A stretch of 64,000 nt of DNA from a virus. The stretch is from IMG/VR virus record IMGVR_UViG_3300042691_050360, positions 64,001 to 128,000 of that record. The stretch is one strand, 5' to 3'. Position numbers and translations under genes: made by a program. Shown here one piece after another: positions 18,893-30,313 of this stretch (its first letter is position 1; every line of letters starts with the position of its first letter). The notes under the pieces are model-generated. The model saw nothing but the letters and a program-made list of their open reading frames with translations, ran no database searches and was not told the origin of the DNA.

Positions 18893-19272
18893 AGTACACC
18901 TCTTAGCCAGTTCTTGCAGACCATTTTAGCAAGACTGTAGTTCATAGAATTTATTGAATTGCTGTCTACTACTATTGTGCTTAACCTTTCATTATCTGGG
19001 AATTCAATTTGAATAATTGCATTCAGTAAAATCTGCCTGTATAAAACTGAAGTTCTTATAAAAGGTTTCCCAGTAATGTGATTTATAAATGTGGCTTCCT
19101 CTAATGCGTTTGACACCGTGCTAAAATCTGGCCCTTTAGCTAAATATTTCAGAGTAAGTGAACTGTTGTCATTGGGCGATCTGAATTTAGTCAGACCATT
19201 GGGTAGTTCCTCAAAACTATATTTAAATTCAAAACCGTACATGTTATCCATTATTTCCTGTTTCCATTTCAA
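18889..19272 (-). CDS. Hypothetical protein, possible tail assembly chaperone
   Basis: 127 aa between two tube-like genes, overlapping start/stop. Confidence 0.4.
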   Translation of the reverse strand: MKWKQEIMDNMYGFEFKYSFEELPNGLTKFRSPNDNSSLTLKYLAKGPDFSTVSNALEEATFINHITGKPFIRTSVLYRQILLNAIIQIEFPDNERLSTIVVDSNSINSMNYSLAKMVCKNWLRGVL

Positions 19273-20494
19273 ATAAGGGCTGACCCTGTCTGTCTCTTGT
19301 TACAGCAGTCCAGTTGAATTGAAGATTGACGTAATCGCCTTGGTTAATTTCCACCCTGCCGGGATTCCAAACCGTGTAAGGAATGTTATAGATTTGGTTA
19401 TTGAAATTTAAGCTTAAACTTTTTCTAGTTGAATTATTTAACACGGGGTATCTATCGAATGTTGGTTGGGATGATCGCAAAGCCAATACAGACATTGTAC
19501 CATTTATTTTTCTTTGCTTTGAATAGTAGCCAACGGCATATGTTCTTTGCATTTTTTGAGACATGTTTGTGTGTATTACCTCAAGCCCATTATCTATATT
19601 AAGGGTAAACTCTTTAATAGGTGTGGCAGAAAAACTTTGTGTTATCAATCCGTCCATGTAATCTAGACTGTTTAAATCTGTAATATCAAACGTAGATGTT
19701 ATATCATTCACAAAATCTGATATCAAAACCCTGGATTTGTGCAGGGGGATAATTGACATTTTTGATAAATTAACTGAGCTTGCATTTATAAATTCGTAAC
19801 GAATGGAGCGGGAGTAGTTGAGCGAGACTATTTCGCATTTTAGTTTAATATAATCCTGCTCCATACTGAGCGAAATCTTATCTATCATACAAGGATAAAA
19901 ACTCCCTTCGGCACAATTTATCCTAAACATTGGTTCATATTGCACCGGGAATTCTTCTAGTGTAGTCCCATATTTAAAAACATCCACCCAGCCAGTGACT
20001 GGCATTGGGTCTGGTAATTCATTAACTTCTACGGCTAAGCCACTGTCGCTAACTTGGAAGTATTTATATGCCGACAATAAGCCTTCCGTTGTTGTAAATA
20101 AATTTTGATACATTAAATATTCATTAACTGGTGTATTGTTATTTGGGTTAGTTCCGTCGTTTTTCGTAAACTTAAATGGGGCGGATGTTCCTTGGTAAGA
20201 CCATGCTGATAAATTAAATAGCATGTCTATCGCGGGATCTAATGTTCCTGTCACACTATTTGAAAAAAGAAAATCAGCCGAAATATTTAACTTTCTGTGA
20301 TCAAGCATTGTGTAGTTAACTTGATCGAAACCTCCAAATAATAATCTGTCCTCGACCACTCCTTGATTTACGTTGACAGATATTCTATCAATAAGTGCAT
20401 TTCTCGCGGATGAAAGAGAATTTCCGAAATAATCACACTTAAAAATCTCGATGTAGCCATAATTACTTGGATAAGAAAATAAATTTAACATCAT
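19244..20494 (-). CDS. Tail-tube-like structural protein
   Basis: EFTLNIDNGLE...QRKINGTMSV motif; beta-rich. Confidence 0.45.
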   Translation of the reverse strand: MMLNLFSYPSNYGYIEIFKCDYFGNSLSSARNALIDRISVNVNQGVVEDRLLFGGFDQVNYTMLDHRKLNISADFLFSNSVTGTLDPAIDMLFNLSAWSYQGTSAPFKFTKNDGTNPNNNTPVNEYLMYQNLFTTTEGLLSAYKYFQVSDSGLAVEVNELPDPMPVTGWVDVFKYGTTLEEFPVQYEPMFRINCAEGSFYPCMIDKISLSMEQDYIKLKCEIVSLNYSRSIRYEFINASSVNLSKMSIIPLHKSRVLISDFVNDITSTFDITDLNSLDYMDGLITQSFSATPIKEFTLNIDNGLEVIHTNMSQKMQRTYAVGYYSKQRKINGTMSVLALRSSQPTFDRYPVLNNSTRKSLSLNFNNQIYNIPYTVWNPGRVEINQGDYVNLQFNWTAVTRDRQGQPLFEMETGNNG

Positions 20495-23079
20495 GGCAAG
20501 GAATCTACTGTGAAAGTATCATAAATCGTCCAGTTTATAACACTGGTTCCAGTAACGAAATTAACACCAGTTTCCAAATCTGGTGCAACAAAAACATCTA
20601 TCACTGAGTCGAACAGATCAGTTTCCTCGCCAAGTAAAATGGACGTACCTCTGTTTGTGCCTCTCGGCAGGCTTCCAGATAGTGTGGTCTGGAAGCCAGT
20701 GACGGAATTAGCGGCGAGCACTGAAATCAACATCGAATTCTGGATAGGTGCAGTTGAAATGATTGCTCCGCCTACTACAGATACGCTTGCACCAACATCG
20801 TCATAACTCAATGTGTCTAGGTTTAAATTTGGAACATAAATTTGAATTCTAGCTGGATAAGCTGATTTATCATTTGTCAAATTAACGCCTCTGGAAGAAG
20901 TTACATTACCCGTGGAGCCTTGATCTACAAAACCCAGCTTAATAATCTGAGACGGGGAACTAACAGTTGAATTCCATGTAGGTAAAGAGTTTGATGTTGC
21001 GAAGTTAGTTGAAAAGCCACTTGACACCCTGAATTTAATCTGCTGGTTGGCGTTTATAGCATAAGGAACATTCATTGAGAATACAGCCCAATAATTAGTG
21101 TTGCTGTTTAGCCCGATAAAGTTTTCTTTTTCTGTTGGCATATTCATCAAATAAGACGACGATATTGATGCTATGGGTATGGACTGAAGCAACTCAATAG
21201 TGGTACCAGTTGGGGCTGAGGATGTCCCTGTGTATATTCCGCAATTTAATTGAGATAGTATTGGTAGTAGCTGTGCCCCCGAACCGCCAGAATTTGTTTC
21301 ATTATCAAATATTGTCAGAGTAGGCGTGTAAGTATAGCCGCTGCCAAAAGATGTGACAACCACCGACCCAATGCCTCCACCGGCTGTCGTTGATATAGAT
21401 ATTGATGCACCTGTTCCTCCGCCGGTTATAAGAACATATGGAGATATATAATTAGAACCAGAAGAAACTATTAAGCAACTTTGTATTCCCGTGAGAGGGC
21501 CGGGGTCGGTAATGAAAGCGTTGAATCCCAATCCCCCAATTATACCCCGCCTGCCGTCAGAATCTTTTATCTTAAAGGCAAAATACGACGAGCTAATACC
21601 AAGCGGGGGCGATGATGTATTTGCAAGAACTGCATCGTTCAGTGATGAATATTCAACTTCAAATGGACTGGTCAATCTTTGCTGTTGGAATCCGTTTAAC
21701 TGTCTTACATTTTTATAAACGTGAAAGAAGAGAGGGCTTGAAACCGTTGGTGCTGTCCAGCTCAGATAGTTATTAATTTTTTTATCAAAGAAGAAATTAG
21801 AATCAGCATTAAATGTTGGTGCGTACTCTCCAGATGGTGTTACTGCTGAAATTCCATAAGAATATGTTCCGTTATTGATCGTAGAATTCCCTGTGAAATC
21901 AACATAACTGTTAAGTGTTGACGATCCTGGGAAAAGCCCTAAAGATTGTCCTATATATACATTACCGCCGTAGATGTCGCCCCTGAATATTGCATATGTT
22001 CTGATTAAATCTACGCCTTTATAAAAAAACCAAAAGTCTTTAAAGCGAGGGTCAAAATCAACTTTTTGTAGTCCATCAAATCCCAAGCCATATTGAAAAA
22101 TTCCAGTTGGAGTTAGCGGTTGAGAATGCCAATACTGATCAAATCCTACGGCATTTGATGATATACCATTTGTGTACGAAATAAAACTATTTACCAGCTT
22201 AGATTCTATGTCATAATTTTGAACGGTTGCGTATGCTTTTATTGAGTTATTAACAGAAATTACAAAAGCGTTATATGATGCCTGATTTGGAAAGAAATCA
22301 GAAGGCGAACTATATACTGGGTATGATTCAAAAAGCTTTTCAACACCCAGTGGGCAGGTGTATGACAAGGATCCTACACTTCCTGTGATATTTACTATTG
22401 CTGATGCGAGTATAATACCAGACCTCGGGATGCTCACGTCAGGCGGGGAACCAGTGACAGCAAATGTAGTAATGTATTTCACTACCGGCTGAAAAATTAA
22501 AGTAAGAGTTGATCCAGCAAAAGCATAATTTGATGGATCTTGCGTAAGATAAATTGCATTTACGCTGGAATCTATAGATGCCACACCGAATAAATAATTG
22601 TTAACATTAACTGATTTAAAATTGTTTAGATAATTAACATTAGGCAGTTGATTGACATAGATTATGGATCCAGATACAGAGGTGATCGTGCAATTAAAAA
22701 CAGTTGATGATAAGTTGAAGTCATTATAGTCCAGGTAGAATTTGAATAATTTTGTGCCCGCAGTATCCTGGTCGGATTTCACTGGAATTGACTGAGACGG
22801 CATATTGATCAAGTTTGTTCTGAAAAAAACAATTCCAGGGCTAAATTGGAAAGTGACATCGGTGCCTGTGTCTGAAAAAGAAATGGTTGCAAATGATGAA
22901 GCGTTGTCGTAAACTCCAAAAATTGGCCTTCCCGTTGTTATGATTGATCCGATTTGGGATATGTTAAATAATGCGGAATTCGGAGTAGATGTTGAGCCCA
23001 GAACATTACTTTTTAAATCATATGAAATCCCGATAGACTGTGATAAATCAACCAAAAAAGAATTATTTACATTTGCCAC
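20491..23079 (-). CDS. Large virion structural protein (baseplate/tail)
   Basis: S/T/N/G-rich; SGSNY..GGGTGA and GSGY motifs; GTG 23079 preferred over TTG 23097 because of CAGG-N19-GAAA upstream. Confidence 0.55.
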   Translation of the reverse strand: MANVNNSFLVDLSQSIGISYDLKSNVLGSTSTPNSALFNISQIGSIITTGRPIFGVYDNASSFATISFSDTGTDVTFQFSPGIVFFRTNLINMPSQSIPVKSDQDTAGTKLFKFYLDYNDFNLSSTVFNCTITSVSGSIIYVNQLPNVNYLNNFKSVNVNNYLFGVASIDSSVNAIYLTQDPSNYAFAGSTLTLIFQPVVKYITTFAVTGSPPDVSIPRSGIILASAIVNITGSVGSLSYTCPLGVEKLFESYPVYSSPSDFFPNQASYNAFVISVNNSIKAYATVQNYDIESKLVNSFISYTNGISSNAVGFDQYWHSQPLTPTGIFQYGLGFDGLQKVDFDPRFKDFWFFYKGVDLIRTYAIFRGDIYGGNVYIGQSLGLFPGSSTLNSYVDFTGNSTINNGTYSYGISAVTPSGEYAPTFNADSNFFFDKKINNYLSWTAPTVSSPLFFHVYKNVRQLNGFQQQRLTSPFEVEYSSLNDAVLANTSSPPLGISSSYFAFKIKDSDGRRGIIGGLGFNAFITDPGPLTGIQSCLIVSSGSNYISPYVLITGGGTGASISISTTAGGGIGSVVVTSFGSGYTYTPTLTIFDNETNSGGSGAQLLPILSQLNCGIYTGTSSAPTGTTIELLQSIPIASISSSYLMNMPTEKENFIGLNSNTNYWAVFSMNVPYAINANQQIKFRVSSGFSTNFATSNSLPTWNSTVSSPSQIIKLGFVDQGSTGNVTSSRGVNLTNDKSAYPARIQIYVPNLNLDTLSYDDVGASVSVVGGAIISTAPIQNSMLISVLAANSVTGFQTTLSGSLPRGTNRGTSILLGEETDLFDSVIDVFVAPDLETGVNFVTGTSVINWTIYDTFTVDSLP

Positions 23080-23116
23080 TAATTCAATTTTCCGCAAAAA
23101 AATATGTTTCGCCTGT

Positions 23117-24415
23117 TTAACTTAATCCAAAATAATCCACGAGAAATTTATGGAGAAAGTACGGCAACGTGTCGGAATAATTGTTGTACCATGTTTCGAA
23201 ATCTGGCTCCCAAGATAATGTATTAGCCCAATTATAAACATTCATGTATGTAGAATTATAGAGACTTGTGGAAATTGCAGTGCTTAAATACTGTGTTGGG
23301 CGGATAAAAGAGTTGTTTGCATTAAAGGAATAAAATTGCCCAAAGCCATTGTCAAATCTGTAACTTTGAATATTTGCTCTATAAAGAGCTGAAGGAGCTA
23401 CACTCCAATTGTATTGATTTCCCGTAAAAGTGGCATCTTCCAGATTAAGCAAAATAAGTATTGCTAATTCTGGATCTGTCACTAAACTTGATTCAAAGTT
23501 TCGAATTATTGGCTCGTTTAAATCAAACGTGTTTCCGTAAGGAATTCCATCTGTTTCATAAGCAGATGCGATACCAATAATACTGTTAGAATTTTGTTTT
23601 ATTGAAATCTTGATAGGCAAAGTTTGATCGACATAATTAACTGTGCCCACTCCAGAAGTGGGAAGATCTTGTAGCTTGATTATATTCTGAACATCTATTG
23701 TTGTTTCTATTGCTAGATTTGGGGCCGTGTAATATGAATTATTGTATGTGAAAACCCCTGGCTGTAATTTTATATTATTTAGATCAAACGGCTCAAAAAG
23801 TTCAAAGCCTGAATTAAGTGCAAAGGATGTGGAGAATCCATAATTCCTTACTGTGTTTATATTTGCACTTTGAACACTCAGGGCTTTTTGATACTTATAA
23901 TAAATCTCACAGATCGGCTCTAGCATATTAGTTAGAATAGGATTGGCGGACGGTAGATCGGTGTAGTCCACCGATACATAAAGCGTAGTAAGCCATATCT
24001 GGCCGGGGTCGTTTGCCTGAATTTGAATCTGGAGTGAATCTAACGAATCAACGGTCCACGCACCGCCTGACGGCTTCGTGGTAGAACTGTAGTTGTTTTC
24101 TGTTACGAAATTAATCCCACTTGGATATGTCGCGTAAGCTTGATTCAAAAAATTATCATCAGAAACGGAGAGGTTGACGGGGTCACCACTAATCTTCGTT
24201 CTTGCAAATACTGTTACTGAATTAATAACCACAAACGACAGTCCTGAATTAGTTACATTATAGATAATCAGGTCACCTACAGGGGCACTTAAAACATAAC
24301 TAGCCAGATCATCATCAGGTAAAGCCACCGATGCCGTGGCATTTGCCCCGCCAACATTAGTCCAGTTCATTTCAGTTGAAGGATCAACTACGCAAGGAAG
24401 GATTAATGTTGGCAT
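23117..24415 (-). CDS. Virion structural protein
   Basis: 432 aa, beta-rich composition, within the structural operon. Confidence 0.5.
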   Translation of the reverse strand: MPTLILPCVVDPSTEMNWTNVGGANATASVALPDDDLASYVLSAPVGDLIIYNVTNSGLSFVVINSVTVFARTKISGDPVNLSVSDDNFLNQAYATYPSGINFVTENNYSSTTKPSGGAWTVDSLDSLQIQIQANDPGQIWLTTLYVSVDYTDLPSANPILTNMLEPICEIYYKYQKALSVQSANINTVRNYGFSTSFALNSGFELFEPFDLNNIKLQPGVFTYNNSYYTAPNLAIETTIDVQNIIKLQDLPTSGVGTVNYVDQTLPIKISIKQNSNSIIGIASAYETDGIPYGNTFDLNEPIIRNFESSLVTDPELAILILLNLEDATFTGNQYNWSVAPSALYRANIQSYRFDNGFGQFYSFNANNSFIRPTQYLSTAISTSLYNSTYMNVYNWANTLSWEPDFETWYNNYSDTLPYFLHKFLVDYFGLS

Positions 24416-24506
24416 TATTGTGTCACCTCGGGTGAAATCATCATTTTTTTAATATCAATGTCCTCTGTATTATGTAATATTTCTATGTATTCAATTAATG
24501 CCCTCA

Positions 24507-27500
24507 TCATGATGATCTTATTACAAATGAATCTCCTGGAGGGTATCCGAAATTAACCGAGGTGGCTGAATCTAAAGTTTGACTTACATTCAGGAACGTG
24601 ATATTATCGATTGGTGCTCCTGAATTCAAACTGTAAGGAGCAGGAGACACAATCTGAGTGCCAGTGCCAATCCCTATGAGAGTATTGCCGAATCCAACAT
24701 TCCAATTAATGTCTATTACTGCGGTTGATAGAGTGAACATAAATACCTTGAGGAACACGGGGCTATTTCTTTGAGATGTTGTAAGCGTCCCAGTAGCCAC
24801 TGTGTAGTTAGAAGAAAGTACACTAAACGTGTCTATCAGGGGCTGGCTATTGTTATTGATATACACTTGTATGCCAGATGAAGTTCCGAATCCGACAGAG
24901 AACGGAACATTAAGAGAGAGGTTACCAGAGGGCTGGAATGTGCCTTCGAAAATTGCACTCTTAGGATTTGTTCCTGTTCCAATAAATGTATTGGCTAAGC
25001 CTATTCTGTAGTAAATAGAGTTAGAATATGTTTGCTGGGCTATATTGAAAATATTGAAATTCTTGAAGTTAGATAAGGTTCTGTTCATCCATGTGATTTT
25101 CCATTTGGGGTCAGCAAACAGCGAAATCGGGCCTTCTTCTACAGCTACCCCGTTTGAGTTATATCCAATATTAACGAAAATATCGTGCGTATATCCCACA
25201 TATTCGTATTCAGGAATAGATGTGCCGATGAATGAGTTGTTGTTTAAAAAGGCTCGCGGATAAATTGAAACTGGTTTATTTATCAATTCTGATTTATATG
25301 ACCAATATCCATCAATTTGACGAATGGGGGCAGATTCTCTCAATCTATTTGGCTTTGCTAGTCCAAATTGTGATGGGTCTGTGTAGTTAAAAGCCCCGTA
25401 TATTTCATTGCTCACTTGGTTAAATATCTTATTAAACAAGAAATTAAAATTAACGATGGTATTCCCAAACCCAATCTGGCTTGAAGTGGCCATCCCAATC
25501 TGAACGCCATCATACTGACTGAGAGATCTGCATAAATAAACTTGATCGGTATCTAGCTTTCTTGAAAAAGTAAGATATGCTGAATTTATAAATGTTGAAA
25601 CTTGCAAACTCGTGGAGAACGTGAATGCGGCTCCGACAAAAGTAGAAGATAGAGAAGTGGCCCTTATAGGGTTGCTGATAATAATATCCGTGGTCGAATT
25701 ATAAGTGGTGCTGATATTTAAGAATACGTCATTAATAGACGTGGTGAAATTCGGATTTCTTCTAAGATTGATGATAACCGTGTTGGTGTCAGCCGAAACC
25801 ACATTTGACGCAAAGATACTTGAAATACCTATTGTGGACTTTCCTAAATCTAAATCATAGCCCGTGGTTGAAAGTCCACCAGCAACAGTTATGACGTTGT
25901 TATCATTATAAATCAAAGATGATGAGATACTGAAGTTAGATGTTGTTACGCCCGTGAATGCACCCTTAAGCCCCAAGAAGCACCCTGTTAGATTCTGCTT
26001 GATTGAAACCCAATAATCTGCATTGTCCACGCCTCCTAGGGCTTGAGCCGTGTCTGTAAATCTGAAACTCAATGGTATGTTCAAGTCTGAATATGAAACT
26101 CTATTTATTTGAGTTGTAAAAATCTTATCAGAGCTTGCCACCTCTGTTTTATCAGTTCCATTTTCAGCATAAACATGTGCAGTGATATAGCCACTTGGAT
26201 TTGCATTAGCTAACTCAATCAATTTACAATTCACTGTTAAGTAGCTTATGTCTTGATTTCCATAAGATGACGGTACTGTGATTTTGTTAAACACCTCATC
26301 TTCATACATTATGTAGTTTTGAGTACCTGATGAAAAATTCAAAACAACAAGTGCTGTTGATGGGTTTTGAAAATTATTGTAATTCTCTAATGCACCAGGA
26401 TTTAAATTATCGCTGGCGATGAAGAATGAATCAACTGTTGGATAGTTATTTATTAAAATGTCAACGTCTGCGGTAGACGAGTATCCTAGCCCGACAAAAG
26501 CTTTGTTATTAAATTTAAATCCAGCATTGTAACCCTCAGATGGAGGGGAGGTTTGTGTGAAGCTTACCAGATTGTAACTGGAGTCTGTGACGGCGGTGAA
26601 ATTGCTGACATTATTCATAATGAGCGAAATATTTGCATTTGTTTCGCCCATTCCTACGTCAGTAAAGGGGACATCGGTCAAGAATGTGTTGAAGTTAAAA
26701 TAGAAATTACTCCCGGAATTTAATATTTGAATTGTAGCTGGATTAATAATCCCGCTTGAAAGTATTTCATACCTAACCTGAGCTGGCTGTTCATCTGTTC
26801 TCATATTAGTTGGTGGGAGAATCCAAGATGTGTATGTGCCTGGAGATTGAAGTGAGCCGAGAGAATTTACATAAATAGAATTTACATAACAATTACTGCC
26901 CACTTGAACATTTTGTATTGAATATGGCGGAGTCAATGCCGCACTCGTGACAATACCCGAGTTGATCCTTGAGGATAACTGCGTAAATCCACCTTCATTA
27001 TCCACTTTCGAAGTTGACACATAGAATGGGTTAGACAACTCGTCGTTCCAGTATTTTTCAGAATTTATAATATAATTTGCCGCACAGAGAGACATTCCCT
27101 GGAAATAAACGTACTCACTTGGATGTGTATCTACGTTAACCACATAAAATGAGTTTCCGGCATCTAGATATTCCTGAATGGCATCATTGATGTCGTCGGG
27201 ATCTGTTATACCCTGGCTACGCAATAATGCAACATACTCTTCGTAAGTGTATCTTTTAGTGTCAACTGGGGAGAATGCACGATTAACTATCGGGCGAACG
27301 ACACCATCTTTCAGGTCTGGTATAATACCAGCATATCCATACAATCTGAACTCATCTATGCTAGATGCACTGTAATCATTATAGTCAGTAGTTTTTTCAT
27401 CAACTAAATAGTAATACCCCGTAACATCTTGATTGAGGTCCACCCTTGTTTGATAATCGCTTTTTGACAATACATATTTTGAAGCCATTAAATATAATAT

Positions 27501-29264
27501 TTTGTTTAGGTAATTCTGATTATTGTATTGGAATGTTAAATTTAAAGTATAATCAAAAGCAAGACCGGTTCCTTGATTATAAGGATCTACTCCGTTACAA
27601 ACTAAACTAATTGGCTTATATATTTCAAATCCTGTATTTGCTGGTAATTTGTATTCATTAGATAATCCCAGTACACCTTGATTAAACACCATATACTCTT
27701 TAGATGAAATTATATTGACAGCTTGGAATATTGATTTTTCTTCAAATTCAGAAAAGTTTAATGGAGGCGTGTTTTCAGATCCGTATGGTTGAGTGAAAGA
27801 CTTAAGGGTGTTTCTTGATACAATTAGGCTTTCACCTGAAAAATAATCCCTTACATTATTAAAATTAGAACCAAAGAAAAAGTCTGCAACAAAATTATCA
27901 AGAGTGTTTAGATATGATTCAACAATATCATTTAGGGCTAGAAAATAAACTTTCGAGCTAATTAAGCTTTCAGCAAAATATCTCCAGATATACGGATCGT
28001 TTATTACTTTAGTAAAAGCTGATGGTAGAATTTGATTATCGTAAATTACAGAGTAAACTAATGGGTTGCCATTGAGGTAAGATTTTTTTGGGTTACTTTG
28101 TAAAGTAATTAAATTCTGCGGCACGTTATTTTCATAAAGTCGTTTAATATAATTTAGATTAATAATCTCCGGAGTATTGGCCTCAAAAAGAGCTTGCACT
28201 GATAAGAAAGCGTTCAAGCCTTGATTATTTCCTGTTCCAGATGTGGTTAATTGCCCGTATAAATATCTATACTCAGCTTCGCCAGATATGAGGCTAGTCA
28301 AGGAAACATCATTTAAAATGGGATACCGCAGGGGTTGGGTTTGTTGAGACGGGGCTCCGTCAAAAATAACGGCATTTATTCTGTCAGGCGTCCAGAGATA
28401 AGCATTCCCATCAACAAATGCGTTAGATGTGTAGCCCAGACTGTAAGGAATGGTATTCGACCAAAAATTCTTTCTACCAGATGTGTTTGTTATGTTTTTT
28501 GCTGCTACGGATGTGGTCAGGGCGGCAACATTATCAATAAAGGCTGGTGTTCCAACATATTTTGTTGAACCACTAACACTATAATTTGTCGATATAAAAT
28601 TGGAATCATTTGTGCCCCAGTATATCCCGAAGGTGTATCCGCTATTGGGTTCAGTAGAATAACCAAAGTTAATCAGCAAATTCGTTACGTTTCCAGCGTA
28701 AGACCAGCAATAGTTAAACTTTGTTAAATTCACTCCTGACTGACTACCGTAAGTATTCAAGCCGTTGAAGCCAAACACAGCCATGTCTATCGGGGCGTCA
28801 ATGATATGAGAGTTAAATTGATTTCCTGTGATGCCGAGGCTGGTCAATGGCACTGATATCACAGAGTTAGTTCCTATTCCTGTTTTTGAAACAGTAAAGA
28901 GTTGACCCGATAAAAATGTGCTACTCATGCCAAAATTATAATTATTTAAAGCTGTTGATATATGAGTACAAACTTCAAAACTAGGAATGGAATTAGTATT
29001 ATAGATCCCAGGATTAACATTCTGGAGGCTTTGTTTTAAAAAATCTGTATCATCCGATGCTACTTGATCTCTGTAAAAACCGAATATACTAGCTAGGTCA
29101 TAGTTCTCTGTTATCGTTGAACCAATTACCTGGCTAGACGCCTCGAAGAAATCTGCTGCAAGGCCGGAGTTTTTGTCCATGTCTCCTATGATCTCCTCTA
29201 GTGCTTGATAAGTTGTAGCATTAGAGTGTAGGATATTTTGGAAAAATTTTTGTTCTGTTGTCAT
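24507..29264 (-). CDS. Very large virion structural protein (baseplate/tail)
   Basis: 1585 aa, N/S/T/Y-rich, repeated GIGT/GVTT/GLST-like motifs. Confidence 0.55.
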   Translation of the reverse strand: MTTEQKFFQNILHSNATTYQALEEIIGDMDKNSGLAADFFEASSQVIGSTITENYDLASIFGFYRDQVASDDTDFLKQSLQNVNPGIYNTNSIPSFEVCTHISTALNNYNFGMSSTFLSGQLFTVSKTGIGTNSVISVPLTSLGITGNQFNSHIIDAPIDMAVFGFNGLNTYGSQSGVNLTKFNYCWSYAGNVTNLLINFGYSTEPNSGYTFGIYWGTNDSNFISTNYSVSGSTKYVGTPAFIDNVAALTTSVAAKNITNTSGRKNFWSNTIPYSLGYTSNAFVDGNAYLWTPDRINAVIFDGAPSQQTQPLRYPILNDVSLTSLISGEAEYRYLYGQLTTSGTGNNQGLNAFLSVQALFEANTPEIINLNYIKRLYENNVPQNLITLQSNPKKSYLNGNPLVYSVIYDNQILPSAFTKVINDPYIWRYFAESLISSKVYFLALNDIVESYLNTLDNFVADFFFGSNFNNVRDYFSGESLIVSRNTLKSFTQPYGSENTPPLNFSEFEEKSIFQAVNIISSKEYMVFNQGVLGLSNEYKLPANTGFEIYKPISLVCNGVDPYNQGTGLAFDYTLNLTFQYNNQNYLNKILYLMASKYVLSKSDYQTRVDLNQDVTGYYYLVDEKTTDYNDYSASSIDEFRLYGYAGIIPDLKDGVVRPIVNRAFSPVDTKRYTYEEYVALLRSQGITDPDDINDAIQEYLDAGNSFYVVNVDTHPSEYVYFQGMSLCAANYIINSEKYWNDELSNPFYVSTSKVDNEGGFTQLSSRINSGIVTSAALTPPYSIQNVQVGSNCYVNSIYVNSLGSLQSPGTYTSWILPPTNMRTDEQPAQVRYEILSSGIINPATIQILNSGSNFYFNFNTFLTDVPFTDVGMGETNANISLIMNNVSNFTAVTDSSYNLVSFTQTSPPSEGYNAGFKFNNKAFVGLGYSSTADVDILINNYPTVDSFFIASDNLNPGALENYNNFQNPSTALVVLNFSSGTQNYIMYEDEVFNKITVPSSYGNQDISYLTVNCKLIELANANPSGYITAHVYAENGTDKTEVASSDKIFTTQINRVSYSDLNIPLSFRFTDTAQALGGVDNADYWVSIKQNLTGCFLGLKGAFTGVTTSNFSISSSLIYNDNNVITVAGGLSTTGYDLDLGKSTIGISSIFASNVVSADTNTVIINLRRNPNFTTSINDVFLNISTTYNSTTDIIISNPIRATSLSSTFVGAAFTFSTSLQVSTFINSAYLTFSRKLDTDQVYLCRSLSQYDGVQIGMATSSQIGFGNTIVNFNFLFNKIFNQVSNEIYGAFNYTDPSQFGLAKPNRLRESAPIRQIDGYWSYKSELINKPVSIYPRAFLNNNSFIGTSIPEYEYVGYTHDIFVNIGYNSNGVAVEEGPISLFADPKWKITWMNRTLSNFKNFNIFNIAQQTYSNSIYYRIGLANTFIGTGTNPKSAIFEGTFQPSGNLSLNVPFSVGFGTSSGIQVYINNNSQPLIDTFSVLSSNYTVATGTLTTSQRNSPVFLKVFMFTLSTAVIDINWNVGFGNTLIGIGTGTQIVSPAPYSLNSGAPIDNITFLNVSQTLDSATSVNFGYPPGDSFVIRSS

Positions 29265-30295
29265 TACACCGCATTAACATCCACATTGTTCGGGCCAAAC
29301 TGGTCTACACTTACAATTTCTTTAGCTTTCATGGTAAATTCAGCTGTATGGAGGAGGGCCTTATCCATTCCATCATCAGAGGGCTTTATTGACCCTACCT
29401 GAATATCTTGCAAAAGCCTAACAAGTTGAACATCGTTGTTCACAACATTGTTTAGGTTTGTGTTCCAGCTTGTGTTTGAGGAGATTTGAATGGGCTGAAT
29501 TCCAGCCTCCCAATCTGAAACAAGCATCTGAACAGCTTGATAACTCACCCCCGCCCAATCATAATAAGGAGGGGTTGGGGATGCGTGAGTTTCTTGCCAG
29601 AAACTATTCACATTGCTTAAAACAATTCCAGCATAATTATACATCAGGGTTGTTGAGTAGCCAACATGTCCAGAACCTTCAGATCGTGTAAATGATAGAT
29701 TTGCATTGCCGTTAACAAAAGATGTAGCGAGAATACCAATCCCTGAAGATAAAATTGAGTAATTTGTTATTTGCCCTGAAATACTAGGTGAGAGTTTTAT
29801 TAAAGCGGTGCCAGCGAGCCCTATATTAGATCCTGGAATGGCTACGTTATAGCTTGAGGTGTTAGCCGGTAAAGTTGCAGTGTTAATGCCAACCGCTGTG
29901 ATGGTGCCATTATCAATATAGTGTATCGGACTTAAAGGAAGCTTGCCGCAAAATGGGCATAGGTCACAAACCCACATCGTTCTGTGGTTCTTAAGTATCT
30001 GATGAGCAAGACGAGCAGCTTCCTGGATAACTCTTTCAGATGTCTCAACATCATCGCTGCTGGAGTAAAACATTATGTTTATTGAATATTCAAGCTCTCT
30101 TAGTCCGAAACCAATATCCTTTACATCAATGTTTGTGTTTCTGAGCACTACGCCAAGAGGGGCTGGCAGAACTTGTCGATCACCGAAAAACCACTCTTGG
30201 ATAATTCTATCATAAATCTCAGGATAGCCTTGTTGGTTTCTCGGGAATTGTGACCACAAAATAGCCCGAAGGGTGTCGTAGATCTTTTCTACCAT
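29264..30295 (-). CDS. Putative tail-completion/neck protein
   Basis: Next to the head-tail adaptor; CDLCPFCG insertion. Confidence 0.4.
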   Translation of the reverse strand: MVEKIYDTLRAILWSQFPRNQQGYPEIYDRIIQEWFFGDRQVLPAPLGVVLRNTNIDVKDIGFGLRELEYSINIMFYSSSDDVETSERVIQEAARLAHQILKNHRTMWVCDLCPFCGKLPLSPIHYIDNGTITAVGINTATLPANTSSYNVAIPGSNIGLAGTALIKLSPSISGQITNYSILSSGIGILATSFVNGNANLSFTRSEGSGHVGYSTTLMYNYAGIVLSNVNSFWQETHASPTPPYYDWAGVSYQAVQMLVSDWEAGIQPIQISSNTSWNTNLNNVVNNDVQLVRLLQDIQVGSIKPSDDGMDKALLHTAEFTMKAKEIVSVDQFGPNNVDVNAV

Positions 30296-30313
30296 TTATC
30301 TAGCACCCCTGTA

